Positions 1 through 9,337 of a stretch of DNA of 62,670 nt are shown piece after piece; position 1 is the first letter of the stretch; every line of letters begins with the position of its first letter. The stretch is from assembly GCA_002396805.1 (NCBI GenBank), contig DGYW01000058.1:118747-181416 (forward strand), given 5' to 3'. The DNA is from Firmicutes bacterium UBA4996 (GTDB taxonomy: Bacteria > Bacillota > Limnochordia > Darwinibacteriales > Darwinibacteriaceae). The notes beneath the pieces are model-generated. The model was not told the origin of the DNA. It did no database searches and worked only from the letters and a program-made list of their open reading frames with translations. A program made the position numbers and the translations under genes.

Positions 1-495
1 ACAAGAATCCAGGTTGAACATCCTGTTACAGAAATGGTCTACGGTATTGATCTGATCAAGGAACAAATTCGTCTAGCCTCTGGAGAGAGTCTGGGTTATG
101 AGCAAACGGGTATCGTGCCCTATGGACATGCTATTGAGTGTCGCATCAACGCAGAAGCGGTGCGCTTAAATTCTAGACCGTCCCCTGGAGTGATCAGCCA
201 ACTTTTTGTTCCAGGCGGTTATGGAATCCGTTGGGATAGTCATGTTTACTCCGGGTATGCTATTCCCCCTTATTATGATTCGATGTTCGCCAAGTTAATC
301 TCTTGGGGCACAGATCGGGAAGAGGCCATTGAACGACTCAAGCGAGCCTTGGATGAATTGGTGGTGGAGGGTATTGAAACCTCTATTCCTTTCCACCGAG
401 CTATGGTCCGTAATCAAGAGTTTCGGCGAGGTAGTTTTTCCACTAATTTCATCGAACAATGGCTGGAACAATCTAAATTGTCGAAAGAGGAATAG
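1..495 (+). CDS. accC: acetyl-CoA carboxylase biotin carboxylase, C-terminal part (5' end cut by window edge)
   Basis: Frame 1 is open from nt 1 (TRIQVEHPVTEMVYGIDLIKEQIRLASGE...), typical of the biotin carboxylase C-terminal domain. accC-asp23-nusB synteny matches Bacillus. Confidence 0.9.
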   Translation, partial: TRIQVEHPVTEMVYGIDLIKEQIRLASGESLGYEQTGIVPYGHAIECRINAEAVRLNSRPSPGVISQLFVPGGYGIRWDSHVYSGYAIPPYYDSMFAKLISWGTDREEAIERLKRALDELVVEGIETSIPFHRAMVRNQEFRRGSFSTNFIEQWLEQSKLSKEE

Positions 496-506
496 TTTGG
501 TATAAT
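478..506 (+). promoter_or_regulatory. sigma-A-type promoter for the asp23 operon
   Basis: TTGTCG (478-483), N17, then TGgTATAAT (498-506), ahead of the GGAGG RBS and ATG at 529. Confidence 0.5.
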
Positions 507-528
507 ATCCAACAGGAGGTGTAAGAGA

Positions 529-936
529 ATGTCTGAAAAAGAACGACGTGGTGAATTAGGCGAATTAAAGATAGCGAATGATGTCGTAGGTATTATTGCA
601 GGCCTTGCTGCAACCGAAGTTCCAGGTGTAGCTGGAATGAGTGGGGGCATTGCCGGTGGCATTGCAGAAATGTTAGGTCACCGTAACCTCTCTAAAGGTG
701 TTAAAGTGGACGTTGGGGAACATGAGTGTGTTGTAGACCTCTTTGTGATCATTGAGTACGGTTACAGCATTCCTGAAGTGGCCCAACAGATTCAAGAAAA
801 CGTAAAAAGGACCATTGAGGTCATGACTGGCTTGGACGTTATGGAGGTTAACCTTCATGTTCTAGGTGTTCATTTCCCTCAGGAAAAGAAGACTGAGGAA
901 GCGCAAGTAGTTCCTGCGGCACCTAGGGGGAAATAA
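529..936 (+). CDS. Asp23/Gls24 family alkaline shock protein
   Basis: 135 aa. LKIANDVVGIIAGLAATEVPGVAGM... is the characteristic Asp23 family N-terminus. Strong RBS. Confidence 0.85.
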   Translation: MSEKERRGELGELKIANDVVGIIAGLAATEVPGVAGMSGGIAGGIAEMLGHRNLSKGVKVDVGEHECVVDLFVIIEYGYSIPEVAQQIQENVKRTIEVMTGLDVMEVNLHVLGVHFPQEKKTEEAQVVPAAPRGK

Positions 937-937
937 C

Positions 938-1465
938 ATGGCAAATCTCGATCGAGTTTTTCTAGGCTTAATTGCAGTGATCTTGGTGCTAACCGCCGGT
1001 CTATTGACAGCTACCATTTTGGGCAACTATATCCTTGTCGATTGGCTACAGTCCCCAGGTTTGCTATTTGATGGTGGCATTTTGGCAGTGATCTTGTTAC
1101 TGCTAGCCCTTTATCTAATTGTCTTGGTCACTAGACATGAGCCGAACAAGTTCATTGTCTACGAACGGGAGCTAGGCGCAGTGAAGATCAGCGCCGATTG
1201 TGTCCAGGGATTGATTATAGAGGCAGCAAGGGAACTACCAGGTTTGGAAGATGTGATTGCCAAGATCACCGATGTGGAAGAACCTAAGGTTAGTCTCAAA
1301 ATTAGGGTTTATCCCGATTACAATATCCCCCAACTATCTGAAGAATTGCAGCAAAGCGTGAAGGATTATGTGGAAAACACGGTAGGTGTGACCATCAGAG
1401 AGGTTGAGGTATCTGTGGTGGGGATCAGTAACAAAGCAGAGTCAAATCCCGAACCTTCACTATAG
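938..1465 (+). CDS. amaP: alkaline shock response membrane anchor protein AmaP-like
   Basis: 175 aa with two N-terminal TM helices, directly downstream of asp23 as in other Firmicutes. Confidence 0.65.
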   Translation: MANLDRVFLGLIAVILVLTAGLLTATILGNYILVDWLQSPGLLFDGGILAVILLLLALYLIVLVTRHEPNKFIVYERELGAVKISADCVQGLIIEAARELPGLEDVIAKITDVEEPKVSLKIRVYPDYNIPQLSEELQQSVKDYVENTVGVTIREVEVSVVGISNKAESNPEPSL

Positions 1466-1482
1466 AGGGGTGTGTGTGACTA

Positions 1483-1692
1483 ATGACTGAGAAGTTTCGA
1501 GCGATCCTCGTTGCTCACGTGGGCAAGATTTTCGGTTCTGTCATGGGTCTCTTCCTCGGTTGGATTATCATCCGCTATGGAGTGATCCGGGGGTTGTTTG
1601 TGGCCCTTTGTGTTGCGGTAGGTTTTTATGTAGGTGCTCGTTTGGATTCCCCCGGTACGTCAACAGATATAACCAGTCGGTTTTTGAGGTGA
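1483..1692 (+). CDS. small integral membrane protein (DUF2273-like)
   Basis: 69 aa with two hydrophobic helices; third member of the conserved asp23-amaP-DUF2273 trio. Confidence 0.55.
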   Translation: MTEKFRAILVAHVGKIFGSVMGLFLGWIIIRYGVIRGLFVALCVAVGFYVGARLDSPGTSTDITSRFLR

Positions 1693-1698
1693 TCTTAC

Positions 1699-2106
1699 TT
1701 GAGTAGAAGGATAGCACGACAGGTGGCTTTCCAAACTCTCTTTCAGATTGATTTAGGGAAAAATGATGTGGAAGATGCTTTGGAATATAGATTAAGTGAA
1801 GTTGTATTAAATGAACAGGACACGGATTATGTGAGGCGCGCTGTGCGTGGAGTAAACCAGCAGGTTCGGGCCTTGGATAGGCAGATCAATGCTGTGGCAG
1901 ATGGCTGGGAAGTTCATCGCCTAGGCTCAATTGATCGCAGTATTTTACGGCTCGCCATCTACGAAATTGTGTTTATGGATGATATCCCGGTAGGTGTAGC
2001 TGTTAACGAAGCGGTAGAGCTAGCAAAAGAATTTGGGGATGATGATTCTCCCCGTTTCATTAATGGTTTGTTGGGCACCGTAGTTCGAGATGGTGGGTTC
2101 CAATGA
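1699..2106 (+). CDS. nusB: transcription antitermination factor NusB
   Basis: 135 aa. RRIARQVAFQTLFQID...VNEAVELAKEFGDDDSPRFINGLLG is the NusB signature. TTG start. Confidence 0.9.
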   Translation: MSRRIARQVAFQTLFQIDLGKNDVEDALEYRLSEVVLNEQDTDYVRRAVRGVNQQVRALDRQINAVADGWEVHRLGSIDRSILRLAIYEIVFMDDIPVGVAVNEAVELAKEFGDDDSPRFINGLLGTVVRDGGFQ

Positions 2107-3056
2107 GATTAGTCTTAGGTGTAGACACTAGTAGTTATACCACCTCGTTGTGCTTGCTTGGCAGTGATGGAAACATCTTGCTTGACCAACGGAAAATCTT
2201 AGAAGTGGCTTCTGGTTCTCGAGGATTGCGACAATCAGAAGCCCTCTTTCAACATGTGATGAATTTACCGCAACTTACTAGCAAATTGACTCCCTACCTG
2301 GAAGGCAACGAACTAGTGGCCATCGGAGTCTCGATTAAACCGCGTCCGCAGGATGATTCCTATCTACCGGTATTTTTGCCAGGTACTGGTCTAGCTCATT
2401 CCTTAGGTCATGTGCTGGGAGTTCCTTGTTATGATTTAACACATCAAGAAAGTCACATTTGGGCTGGTATTGCTAGTGCTGGCGGACCCAGTAGGTTTCC
2501 CTTCTTAGCGATCCATCTTTCTGGCGGGACTACCGAACTCACACTGGTGGATCGGGATCAAAGTAGTTGGGGTTTGATGATTGATTTGTGGGGGGGCACT
2601 TCTGATCTTCACGCAGGGCAATTTGTGGATCGCTTAGGGGTCAAACTGGGACTACCATTTCCCGCGGGGGCAGCCCTAGAACGTCTGGCTTTGGACGCAC
2701 ACACATCCTTGCCCGTTTCAACCTATCATCGGGAAGGCAAGGTGAGCTTTTCTGGACCTTTGACCGCTTTAGAACGATTAGTGGGACAAAAAGAGCCTGA
2801 GGTTTTGGCCTTGAGTTGTTTTTCGGCCATCAGTCGTACTTTGATCAAATGGATCAGCTGGGCAGAGAGCAGGACCAAGTGCCGGCAACTGCTAATAGTA
2901 GGAGGCGTTGCGGCCAACAGTCTAATCCGTCGGGAGCTAGAACGAACCTTACCCCATTGGGAATTGTTCTTTGCGGAACCGCGTTACAGTGTGGATAACG
3001 CCTTGGGGGCTGCTTATTTCGCAGCGTTAGCTTCTGGTTTGCTGGATAGGGATTGA
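2103..3056 (+). CDS. Kae1/TsaD-like ASKHA-fold protein (peptidase M22 / glycoprotease family)
   Basis: 317 aa. N-terminal LGVDTSSYTTS phosphate-1-like motif, HQESH, and LSGGTTEL. 4-nt overlap with nusB. Confidence 0.55.
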   Translation: MRLVLGVDTSSYTTSLCLLGSDGNILLDQRKILEVASGSRGLRQSEALFQHVMNLPQLTSKLTPYLEGNELVAIGVSIKPRPQDDSYLPVFLPGTGLAHSLGHVLGVPCYDLTHQESHIWAGIASAGGPSRFPFLAIHLSGGTTELTLVDRDQSSWGLMIDLWGGTSDLHAGQFVDRLGVKLGLPFPAGAALERLALDAHTSLPVSTYHREGKVSFSGPLTALERLVGQKEPEVLALSCFSAISRTLIKWISWAESRTKCRQLLIVGGVAANSLIRRELERTLPHWELFFAEPRYSVDNALGAAYFAALASGLLDRD

Positions 3057-3063
3057 GGAAGGT

Positions 3064-4266
3064 GTGGCTATTGTGAACCCCATTTCTGTTAGTGAATTGA
3101 CCAGAAAAATTAAGTGGGCCTTGGCTGGCCAAGAGTTTCAGAACGTCGCGGTAGAAGGGGAAGTATCCAATTTTGTCCATCACAGTTCTGGACATATGTA
3201 TTTCTCCCTAAAGGACGATCAGAGTCGGATCAAAGCCGTCATGTTTCGCAGCCGTAACCAGAAGTTGGGTTTCGTTCCCCAAAACGGTGAGACTCTGATT
3301 GCCGTAGGATCACTAGGTGTTTACGAGCCAAACGGAGAGTATCAATTATATGTTGATCTGCTACTTCCCCGAGGGATTGGCGATTTACACTTGGCTTTCG
3401 AACAGTTAAAAGCGAAACTAGAAGGGGAAGGCCTTTTTGCTAATGAGCGTAAACGCCCCATACCTTTTTTGCCCCATCGTGTGGGAGTGATTACTTCCCC
3501 TACGGGAGCGGCAATTAGGGATATTCTGCAGGTGTTGCAACGTCGTCATCCCGGTGTTCAGGTCTTGGTATTTCCAGCTTTGGTACAAGGCGAAGGGGCA
3601 CCCACCAGCTTAATCCAGGCGCTGCAACGGGCTCAAACGACAGATATAGATGTATTGATTATGGGGCGCGGTGGCGGAAGTTTCGAAGAACTCTCTGCTT
3701 TTAACGATGAAGCTCTAGCCCGGGCAATGGCCCAGTGTTCGATTCCAATTGTCTCTGCGGTAGGACACGAAACAGACTTTACAATAGCAGATTTTGTGGC
3801 TGATTTAAGGGCGCCTACGCCTTCCGCAGCAGCTGAACTAGTCGTTCCCAAACAGGGGGATTTACTGGCTATGGTGGCTCGACTTGATCAGCGCTTAAAA
3901 ACGGCGACCACACGACACTTGGCTGGAGAACGTCGGTATTTGGCTCGCTTGACTCAAGGAGTTGCCTTGCAGCAACCTCAGTTAGTTATTCGCCGTTGGC
4001 GCCAACGAGTTGATGAGTTATGGACAAGCTTGGGTCATCACCAACGTTACGATTTGGAATTGAAAAGGGCGCAACTAGGAAATTTCGCCGGAAAACTAGA
4101 AACCCTGAGTCCCTTAAGTACACTTAGTCGTGGGTACTCTATTTGCCAAGATGCCCAAGGACAAGTGATCCGGCAGGCCAACCAAGTAGAAGTGGGTGGG
4201 ATGGTGCAAATTCGTCTCCATGAAGGTGAGCTAGTTTGCCAGGTGAAGGGGAGAGAACAATCATGA
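3064..4266 (+). CDS. xseA: exodeoxyribonuclease VII large subunit
   Basis: 400 aa. OB-fold N-terminus (VEGEVSNF...SGHMYFSLKD) and GRGGGS motif. Confidence 0.92.
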   Translation: MAIVNPISVSELTRKIKWALAGQEFQNVAVEGEVSNFVHHSSGHMYFSLKDDQSRIKAVMFRSRNQKLGFVPQNGETLIAVGSLGVYEPNGEYQLYVDLLLPRGIGDLHLAFEQLKAKLEGEGLFANERKRPIPFLPHRVGVITSPTGAAIRDILQVLQRRHPGVQVLVFPALVQGEGAPTSLIQALQRAQTTDIDVLIMGRGGGSFEELSAFNDEALARAMAQCSIPIVSAVGHETDFTIADFVADLRAPTPSAAAELVVPKQGDLLAMVARLDQRLKTATTRHLAGERRYLARLTQGVALQQPQLVIRRWRQRVDELWTSLGHHQRYDLELKRAQLGNFAGKLETLSPLSTLSRGYSICQDAQGQVIRQANQVEVGGMVQIRLHEGELVCQVKGREQS

Positions 4267-4484
4267 GCCAGGAATTGAAGTTTGAGGAAGCTTTAGCTCG
4301 ACTCGAGGAAATTGTCCGCAGCTTAGAGCAAGGCGAGACCAGTTTGGAAGAGACTCTGTTGCTTTTTGAAGAAGGGGTAAAGCTCGCCCGGTTCTGTAAT
4401 CAAAAGCTAGATGAGGCTGAAGCGAAGATTGAGATTATGATAGATGAGGGGCAGATCGAAACACTCGAGGTGAGCAATCAGTGA
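4263..4484 (+). CDS. xseB: exodeoxyribonuclease VII small subunit
   Basis: MSQELKFEEALARLEEIVRSLEQGETSLEE... ATGA overlap with the xseA stop. The ORF-track start at 4236 lies inside xseA. Confidence 0.9.
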   Translation: MSQELKFEEALARLEEIVRSLEQGETSLEETLLLFEEGVKLARFCNQKLDEAEAKIEIMIDEGQIETLEVSNQ

Positions 4485-5374
4485 GGGATTTCAAGCAATA
4501 CTGGGCAACCCGTCTGGAGCAGATAGAAGAGATTTTGGAAGCGGCACTACCAACGGAGAACGTGACGCCTGGCAGGCTCCATGAGGCTATGCGCTATTCT
4601 ACTCTCGGTGGAGGCAAGCGTTTGAGGGCTTTATTAGTCATGGCCGCCTGTGAAGCTGTGGGGGGAGACATTTCCAGAACAGCAAATCTTGTGGCTGCGG
4701 TGGAAATGGTTCATGCCTATTCGTTGATCCACGATGATTTACCGTGTATGGATGATGATGACTTGCGGCGTGGTAAACCTACCAACCACCGGGTTTATGG
4801 AGAGGCTATGGCCGTTTTGGCAGGTGATGCCCTTTTAACGGAAGCTTTTGCCGAATTAGCCAAGATGTCTGAGCAATACGGGGTCGCCCCCGAAACTGCA
4901 GTACGCGTTGTAGCTGAATTGGCCCAAGGTGCCGGTTCTCAGGGCATGGTTGGTGGGCAAGTAGTGGATATTTTGGGGCAGGAGCAAGAGCCGGATCGAT
5001 CCACATTAGATTACATCCATCGGCATAAAACCGGTGCCTTAATAACGGCAGCCTTGAGAGGCGGTGCACTCATAGGGGGTTGCACTGAGGGAGAATTGGC
5101 TCAAATCACCATATATGGGGAAAATTTTGGTTTAGCTTTTCAGATCACCGATGATATTCTGGATGAAACTGGACAAACAGCTCAATTAGGGAAGGCTGTA
5201 GGGGCAGATCAGCGCCTTGGAAAGCAGACTTTTCCGCGCCTTTATGGCTTAGAAAAATCAAAGCAGATGGCAAGGGAGAGTGTGGCTAAGTGCCACGCCG
5301 CTCTAGAGGGCTTTTCTAACGAGGCCTGGTTTTTAAGGGAATTAGCCACCTTTATCATCCAGCGAGACCATTAG
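4481..5374 (+). CDS. ispA: polyprenyl (farnesyl/geranylgeranyl) diphosphate synthase
   Basis: 297 aa with both Asp-rich motifs: LIHDDLPCMDDDDLRRG and FQITDDILD. Confidence 0.9.
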   Translation: MRDFKQYWATRLEQIEEILEAALPTENVTPGRLHEAMRYSTLGGGKRLRALLVMAACEAVGGDISRTANLVAAVEMVHAYSLIHDDLPCMDDDDLRRGKPTNHRVYGEAMAVLAGDALLTEAFAELAKMSEQYGVAPETAVRVVAELAQGAGSQGMVGGQVVDILGQEQEPDRSTLDYIHRHKTGALITAALRGGALIGGCTEGELAQITIYGENFGLAFQITDDILDETGQTAQLGKAVGADQRLGKQTFPRLYGLEKSKQMARESVAKCHAALEGFSNEAWFLRELATFIIQRDH

Positions 5375-5379
5375 TTCAC

Positions 5380-5409
5380 TTGCACGGATTTTGCGGCTTA
5401 TGGTATAAT
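5380..5409 (+). promoter_or_regulatory. sigma-A-type promoter preceding the large ncRNA
   Basis: TTGCAC (5380-5385), N18, then TGgTATAAT (5401-5409). Confidence 0.5.
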
Positions 5410-5415
5410 AATATC

Positions 5416-6040
5416 ACCTAAAGGTGAATGGCGCAGTATTCTAGTCACTAGTCTTGTTTTTGAAGACGGGCCTAAAAATCCGTTAAGGGCACATCGATGA
5501 AGTCCTTGGTGGTGGCTTCCGACGCCCAGTCGGGGGTTGCTGCTGGGGGTTAAGGTGGGAGGGCGATCTGCAAGGGCATGCAGGCGTTGACCCTCCCTCC
5601 ACGGAGACCCATGACTGTGGGAACATGGAGAACGTGTTTTTACGGCTTGGGATTAAACCTGCACGCGATACGCACTTGAAGCTAAGACGTACATCAGTGT
5701 TGGGTGCAGTGTAGCCTGTCTTGAGTGGTGATCGGGGGATAGTGGTTGCAAGCTGAATTTCTCTTGGCCAGAGAAGTGTGCCCTCCGCTATGGCGGAAGA
5801 CCCTTGAAACCTTTGCTGCAAAAGAGACTAGAAAGCAAGAACTGGTGTTGGGGAAAACTCCTAGACTGTTTCCTTTCGGGGATAACGAAGTGGGGATTAC
5901 GGTGTGGTCTAAGTGGTAATCCAGCCTCGGCTATGGTGACAAGCGAAAAGATCGGAAAGGGGTAACCGCCAATTACGGTGACGAATTGGAGGATCTTTGG
6001 GAAAACCTGCTGGACCTAAGCCACAATCTTTACTCATTTC
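5416..6040 (+). ncRNA. ole: OLE (ornate, large, extremophilic) RNA; boundaries approximate
   Basis: ~700-nt gap without a credible ORF between ispA and a 4-TM protein gene. Dense GC-rich nested helices: CCGAC/GTCGG 5519-5533, and GGGAGGG/CCCTCCC 5557-5597 enclosing CTGCA/TGCAG 5568-5583. Size and the ispA-RNA-oapA-dxs context match the OLE class. Confidence 0.8.
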
Positions 6041-6077
6041 GTTGCCATTTGCCTCGGTATTTTGAGGAAGGTATAAA

Positions 6078-6644
6078 ATGCAAATTAATTGGAAGTCAAT
6101 ACTTACCTTAACTTTAACCACTTTTGCGTTGTCTGTAGTACTTAATCTAGGTAGTAACAGCGTATTGTCGTTTTTGCCCTTGACACTAAGCTTTTTGTTA
6201 CTACTTTTTATTATCTTTATTGGAGTTATTTTTGACATAATCGGAGTTGCGGCCACCGCGGGTGAAGAAGCTCCCTTTCATGCCATGGCATCCAATCGTC
6301 TAGCTGGGGCGAAACAAGCAATTTGGCTAGTACGGAATGCCGATGGCGTTTCTACTTTTTGTAACGATCTCATTGGGGACGTTGCTGGAACTTTGAGCGG
6401 CGCGATTGGCGTAGCCGTTATCTTTCAGCTTAAGTCGTTCTCCTTAGGGATAGGCGAAGCTTTGGCTACCACCGTGATGGTAGCTTTGGTGGCAGCTTTT
6501 ACTGTTGGGGGTAAATCTATCGGCAAGAGTTTTGCCATTTCTAAGTCAACGGCAATCCTCACAGTAGTTGGTCGGATTCTTTACTCCCTAGAACGGGTGG
6601 GTTTAAGATTTGATTCCACCTCCGCAAAAAACAAGAAGAGGTAG
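6078..6644 (+). CDS. oapA: OLE-associated membrane protein OapA-like
   Basis: 188 aa (~21 kDa) with about four TM segments, immediately downstream of the large structured RNA and upstream of dxs. Confidence 0.7.
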   Translation: MQINWKSILTLTLTTFALSVVLNLGSNSVLSFLPLTLSFLLLLFIIFIGVIFDIIGVAATAGEEAPFHAMASNRLAGAKQAIWLVRNADGVSTFCNDLIGDVAGTLSGAIGVAVIFQLKSFSLGIGEALATTVMVALVAAFTVGGKSIGKSFAISKSTAILTVVGRILYSLERVGLRFDSTSAKNKKR

Positions 6645-6649
6645 GGTAA

Positions 6650-8530
6650 ATGGGTACATTACTGCAAGAAATTAACTCCCCCGACGACATTAAGGGTTTG
6701 GATTTACATAGTCTTGAGGCCTTAGCCCAAGAGATTCGGGATCAGATTATCGAAACTGTAGAGCAAACCGGCGGTCATCTTGGTGCTAATTTAGGTGTAG
6801 TAGAATTGACTTTGGCCCTCCACTCTGTTTTATCCAGTCCGAGGGACCGCATTATTTGGGATGTAGGTCACCAGTGTTATGCGCACAAATTACTCACCGG
6901 TCGGAGGGAAGATTTCCACACCCTGCGCCAGATGGGTGGCATCTCGGGTTTTCCGCACCCACAAGAAAGTGTCCATGATCATTTTGGAGTGGGACACAGT
7001 TCTACTGCTATTTCCGCGGCTGCAGGGATGGCCATTGCCAGAGATCTTCAAGGCGAAGATTATAGCGTTGTGGCAGTTGTGGGTGATGGTGCTCTTACTG
7101 GGGGAATGGCCTTCGAAGCCCTTAATCATATCGGTTCACTGGGCAGAGATATCGTAGTTATTCTTAATGATAATGAAATGTCCATCACGAACAATGTAGG
7201 TGCCATGAGTGATTATTTAGGTCGCATTCGTTCAGACACTAAATTATACAAGGCTCGGGAAGACTTGGCAGCACTCTTGCTTAGGGTGCCTCTAGTTGGT
7301 AAGCCCATGTCGAAGGTGGCTCATTATTTCAAGAACACCCTAAAGAGTATGTTACCAGGCCAACTCTTTGAAGAACTGGGTTTCGCATACCTGGGCCCCT
7401 TTGATGGCCACAATATTCCCCAATTGAAAAAGGCCATTAAAGCAGGAATCCACCGTGGTGGTCCTGTCTTAATTCATGTTTATACTCAAAAGGGGCGTGG
7501 ACATGCCCTGGCTGAAGAGAGTCCCCACCGCTATCATGGTGTGGGCCCTTTACAAGTGGTTCCTAAAAAAGGAGCGGTGTCCTTCAGTGAAGTTTTTGGT
7601 CAATCGGTAGTCGAATTGGCCAAGGTAAATCCAAATGTAGTAGCCATTACAGCAGCTATGCGCGATGGAACCGGTTTAGGACAATTCGCAAAACAGTTCC
7701 CCGATCGCTTCTTTGATGTTGGCATAGCCGAACAACACGCCCTTACCTTAGCCGCAGGCATGGCCAAGGATGGCTTGCGCCCGGTTGTGGCCCTTTATTC
7801 GACTTTTCTACAAAGGGGCTATGATCAGGTGATCCACGACATTGCTCTTCAAGGTCTGCCGGTAATCATTGGTGTGGACAGAGCAGGTGTGGTAGGGGAT
7901 GATGGACCTACCCATCAAGGTGTATTTGACATTAGCTTCTTACGGGCCGTTCCAGGTTTGACTATCTTGGCGCCTCGTAATGGTAGTGAGCTGGTTGCCA
8001 TGTTAAACTGGGCTATTAGCCAAGGAGGTCCGGTGGCCATCCGCTATCCGCGGGGTGGAACTACGGACAACGCTTACCAGGAAAAGTTTTCCGAGGGAGA
8101 GCAAATACCTGCGTTGGAGTTAAAACCTGGGCGAGATGGGGTCATTTTTGCGGTAGGACATATGGTTGACGTAGCTCTAGAGGCTGCACGCCTTCTCGAG
8201 CCCGAATACAGTTGTGGGGTTGTCAATATTAGATCACTCAAACCCTTAGATGAAAGTCTATTGCTAAAGCTAGCCAGGGGAACAAGGTATGTGCTCACCT
8301 TAGAGGATCACGTTCTGGCAGGAGGAATGGGTAGTAGTATTCTAGAATTACTTAGTGAACAACCAGGCATAAAGGTGCAACGTCTCGGTTATCCAGATCA
8401 GTTTATTCCCCAAGGGTCTATTCCTCAACTCCACGAGGCCTATGGTTTGACTGCCCAGCAAGTAGCCAATACGTTCCGGAAAGCCATGTCTGGGGGAGTA
8501 TACCAGCTCGTGGCTAGTCCAGAGAAATAA
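6650..8530 (+). CDS. dxs: 1-deoxy-D-xylulose-5-phosphate synthase
   Basis: 626 aa. GGHLGANLGVVELTLALH, the ThDP motif GDGALTGGMAFEALN, and transketolase-like pyrimidine and C-terminal domains. Confidence 0.95.
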   Translation: MGTLLQEINSPDDIKGLDLHSLEALAQEIRDQIIETVEQTGGHLGANLGVVELTLALHSVLSSPRDRIIWDVGHQCYAHKLLTGRREDFHTLRQMGGISGFPHPQESVHDHFGVGHSSTAISAAAGMAIARDLQGEDYSVVAVVGDGALTGGMAFEALNHIGSLGRDIVVILNDNEMSITNNVGAMSDYLGRIRSDTKLYKAREDLAALLLRVPLVGKPMSKVAHYFKNTLKSMLPGQLFEELGFAYLGPFDGHNIPQLKKAIKAGIHRGGPVLIHVYTQKGRGHALAEESPHRYHGVGPLQVVPKKGAVSFSEVFGQSVVELAKVNPNVVAITAAMRDGTGLGQFAKQFPDRFFDVGIAEQHALTLAAGMAKDGLRPVVALYSTFLQRGYDQVIHDIALQGLPVIIGVDRAGVVGDDGPTHQGVFDISFLRAVPGLTILAPRNGSELVAMLNWAISQGGPVAIRYPRGGTTDNAYQEKFSEGEQIPALELKPGRDGVIFAVGHMVDVALEAARLLEPEYSCGVVNIRSLKPLDESLLLKLARGTRYVLTLEDHVLAGGMGSSILELLSEQPGIKVQRLGYPDQFIPQGSIPQLHEAYGLTAQQVANTFRKAMSGGVYQLVASPEK

Positions 8531-8532
8531 CG

Positions 8533-9318
8533 ATGCGTATTGATCAGCTCTTGGTTGCACTGGGCATGGTTTCTTCTAGACAGCGGGCTAAAGAACTAAT
8601 TACTGGAGGACAGGTGTATGCAGATGGACGCCAGATCTTAAAGTCCAGCTGGATTGTTCCCCAGGGGATCCAGCCGGAAATACGTGGACAAACCCTTGGA
8701 TATCCTAGTCGAGCGGGATTGAAACTAGCTACGGCATTGCAGTTCTTTCGGATCAATGTGGAAAATTTGGTCGCTCTAGACGTAGGGGCTTCAACAGGAG
8801 GATTTACTAGTTGCCTGTTGCAAAATGGTGCTAAGAAGGTTTTCGCAGTGGATGTTGGACAAGACCAGCTGGTACCAGAATTACGGGAGGATACTAGGGT
8901 AGTGAGTTTAGAAAAAACCAATATTCGTGATTTGTCCTCTGAGCATTTAGGAGAATTGGTGGATATTGCTACCATAGATGTGTCTTTTATCTCGCTCAAG
9001 CTGGTGTTTCCCCCGGTGCGTGAATTGCTCAAGCAACAGGGTGAGATCGTTGCTTTAGTAAAACCGCAGTTCGAGACCGGTGGCAGGGGTTTGAACAAAC
9101 ACGGGGTTATTAGTGACCCTTGTGTTCATCGGGAATTTATTCCGCCACTCATTGCAGAATTGCAGAAGAAAGGGTGTGGACTGCGGGGATTCCATAGTTC
9201 GCCCCTCACCGGTGCTAAGGGAAATCTGGAATACTTAGCCCACTTCCAATTGGGCCACCCTATCCAAGATGCAACACAGCTAGTTCTGGAAGTGATCGAA
9301 GCAGCGTGGAGAGATTAG
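8533..9318 (+). CDS. tlyA: TlyA family rRNA (cytidine-2'-O)-methyltransferase
   Basis: 261 aa. S4 domain N-terminus (RIDQLLVALGMVSSRQRAKELI) and SAM motif LDVGASTGGFT. Confidence 0.88.
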   Translation: MRIDQLLVALGMVSSRQRAKELITGGQVYADGRQILKSSWIVPQGIQPEIRGQTLGYPSRAGLKLATALQFFRINVENLVALDVGASTGGFTSCLLQNGAKKVFAVDVGQDQLVPELREDTRVVSLEKTNIRDLSSEHLGELVDIATIDVSFISLKLVFPPVRELLKQQGEIVALVKPQFETGGRGLNKHGVISDPCVHREFIPPLIAELQKKGCGLRGFHSSPLTGAKGNLEYLAHFQLGHPIQDATQLVLEVIEAAWRD

Positions 9319-9337
9319 TTCTCGTGTAAGGGAGGAG

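Noticed and set aside
5483-6256. Two antisense ORFs (5483-5821 and 5909-6256, 112 and 115 aa) in the ispA-oapA gap.
   Set aside because: They have no RBS and give P/R/S/T-rich low-complexity translations. They lie opposite a GC-rich structured region better explained as OLE RNA, and the second overlaps the oapA start.
8544-9098. 184-aa minus-strand ORF inside tlyA.
   Set aside because: It is fully antisense to a gene with clear S4 and SAM-methyltransferase motifs, and has no independent signals.
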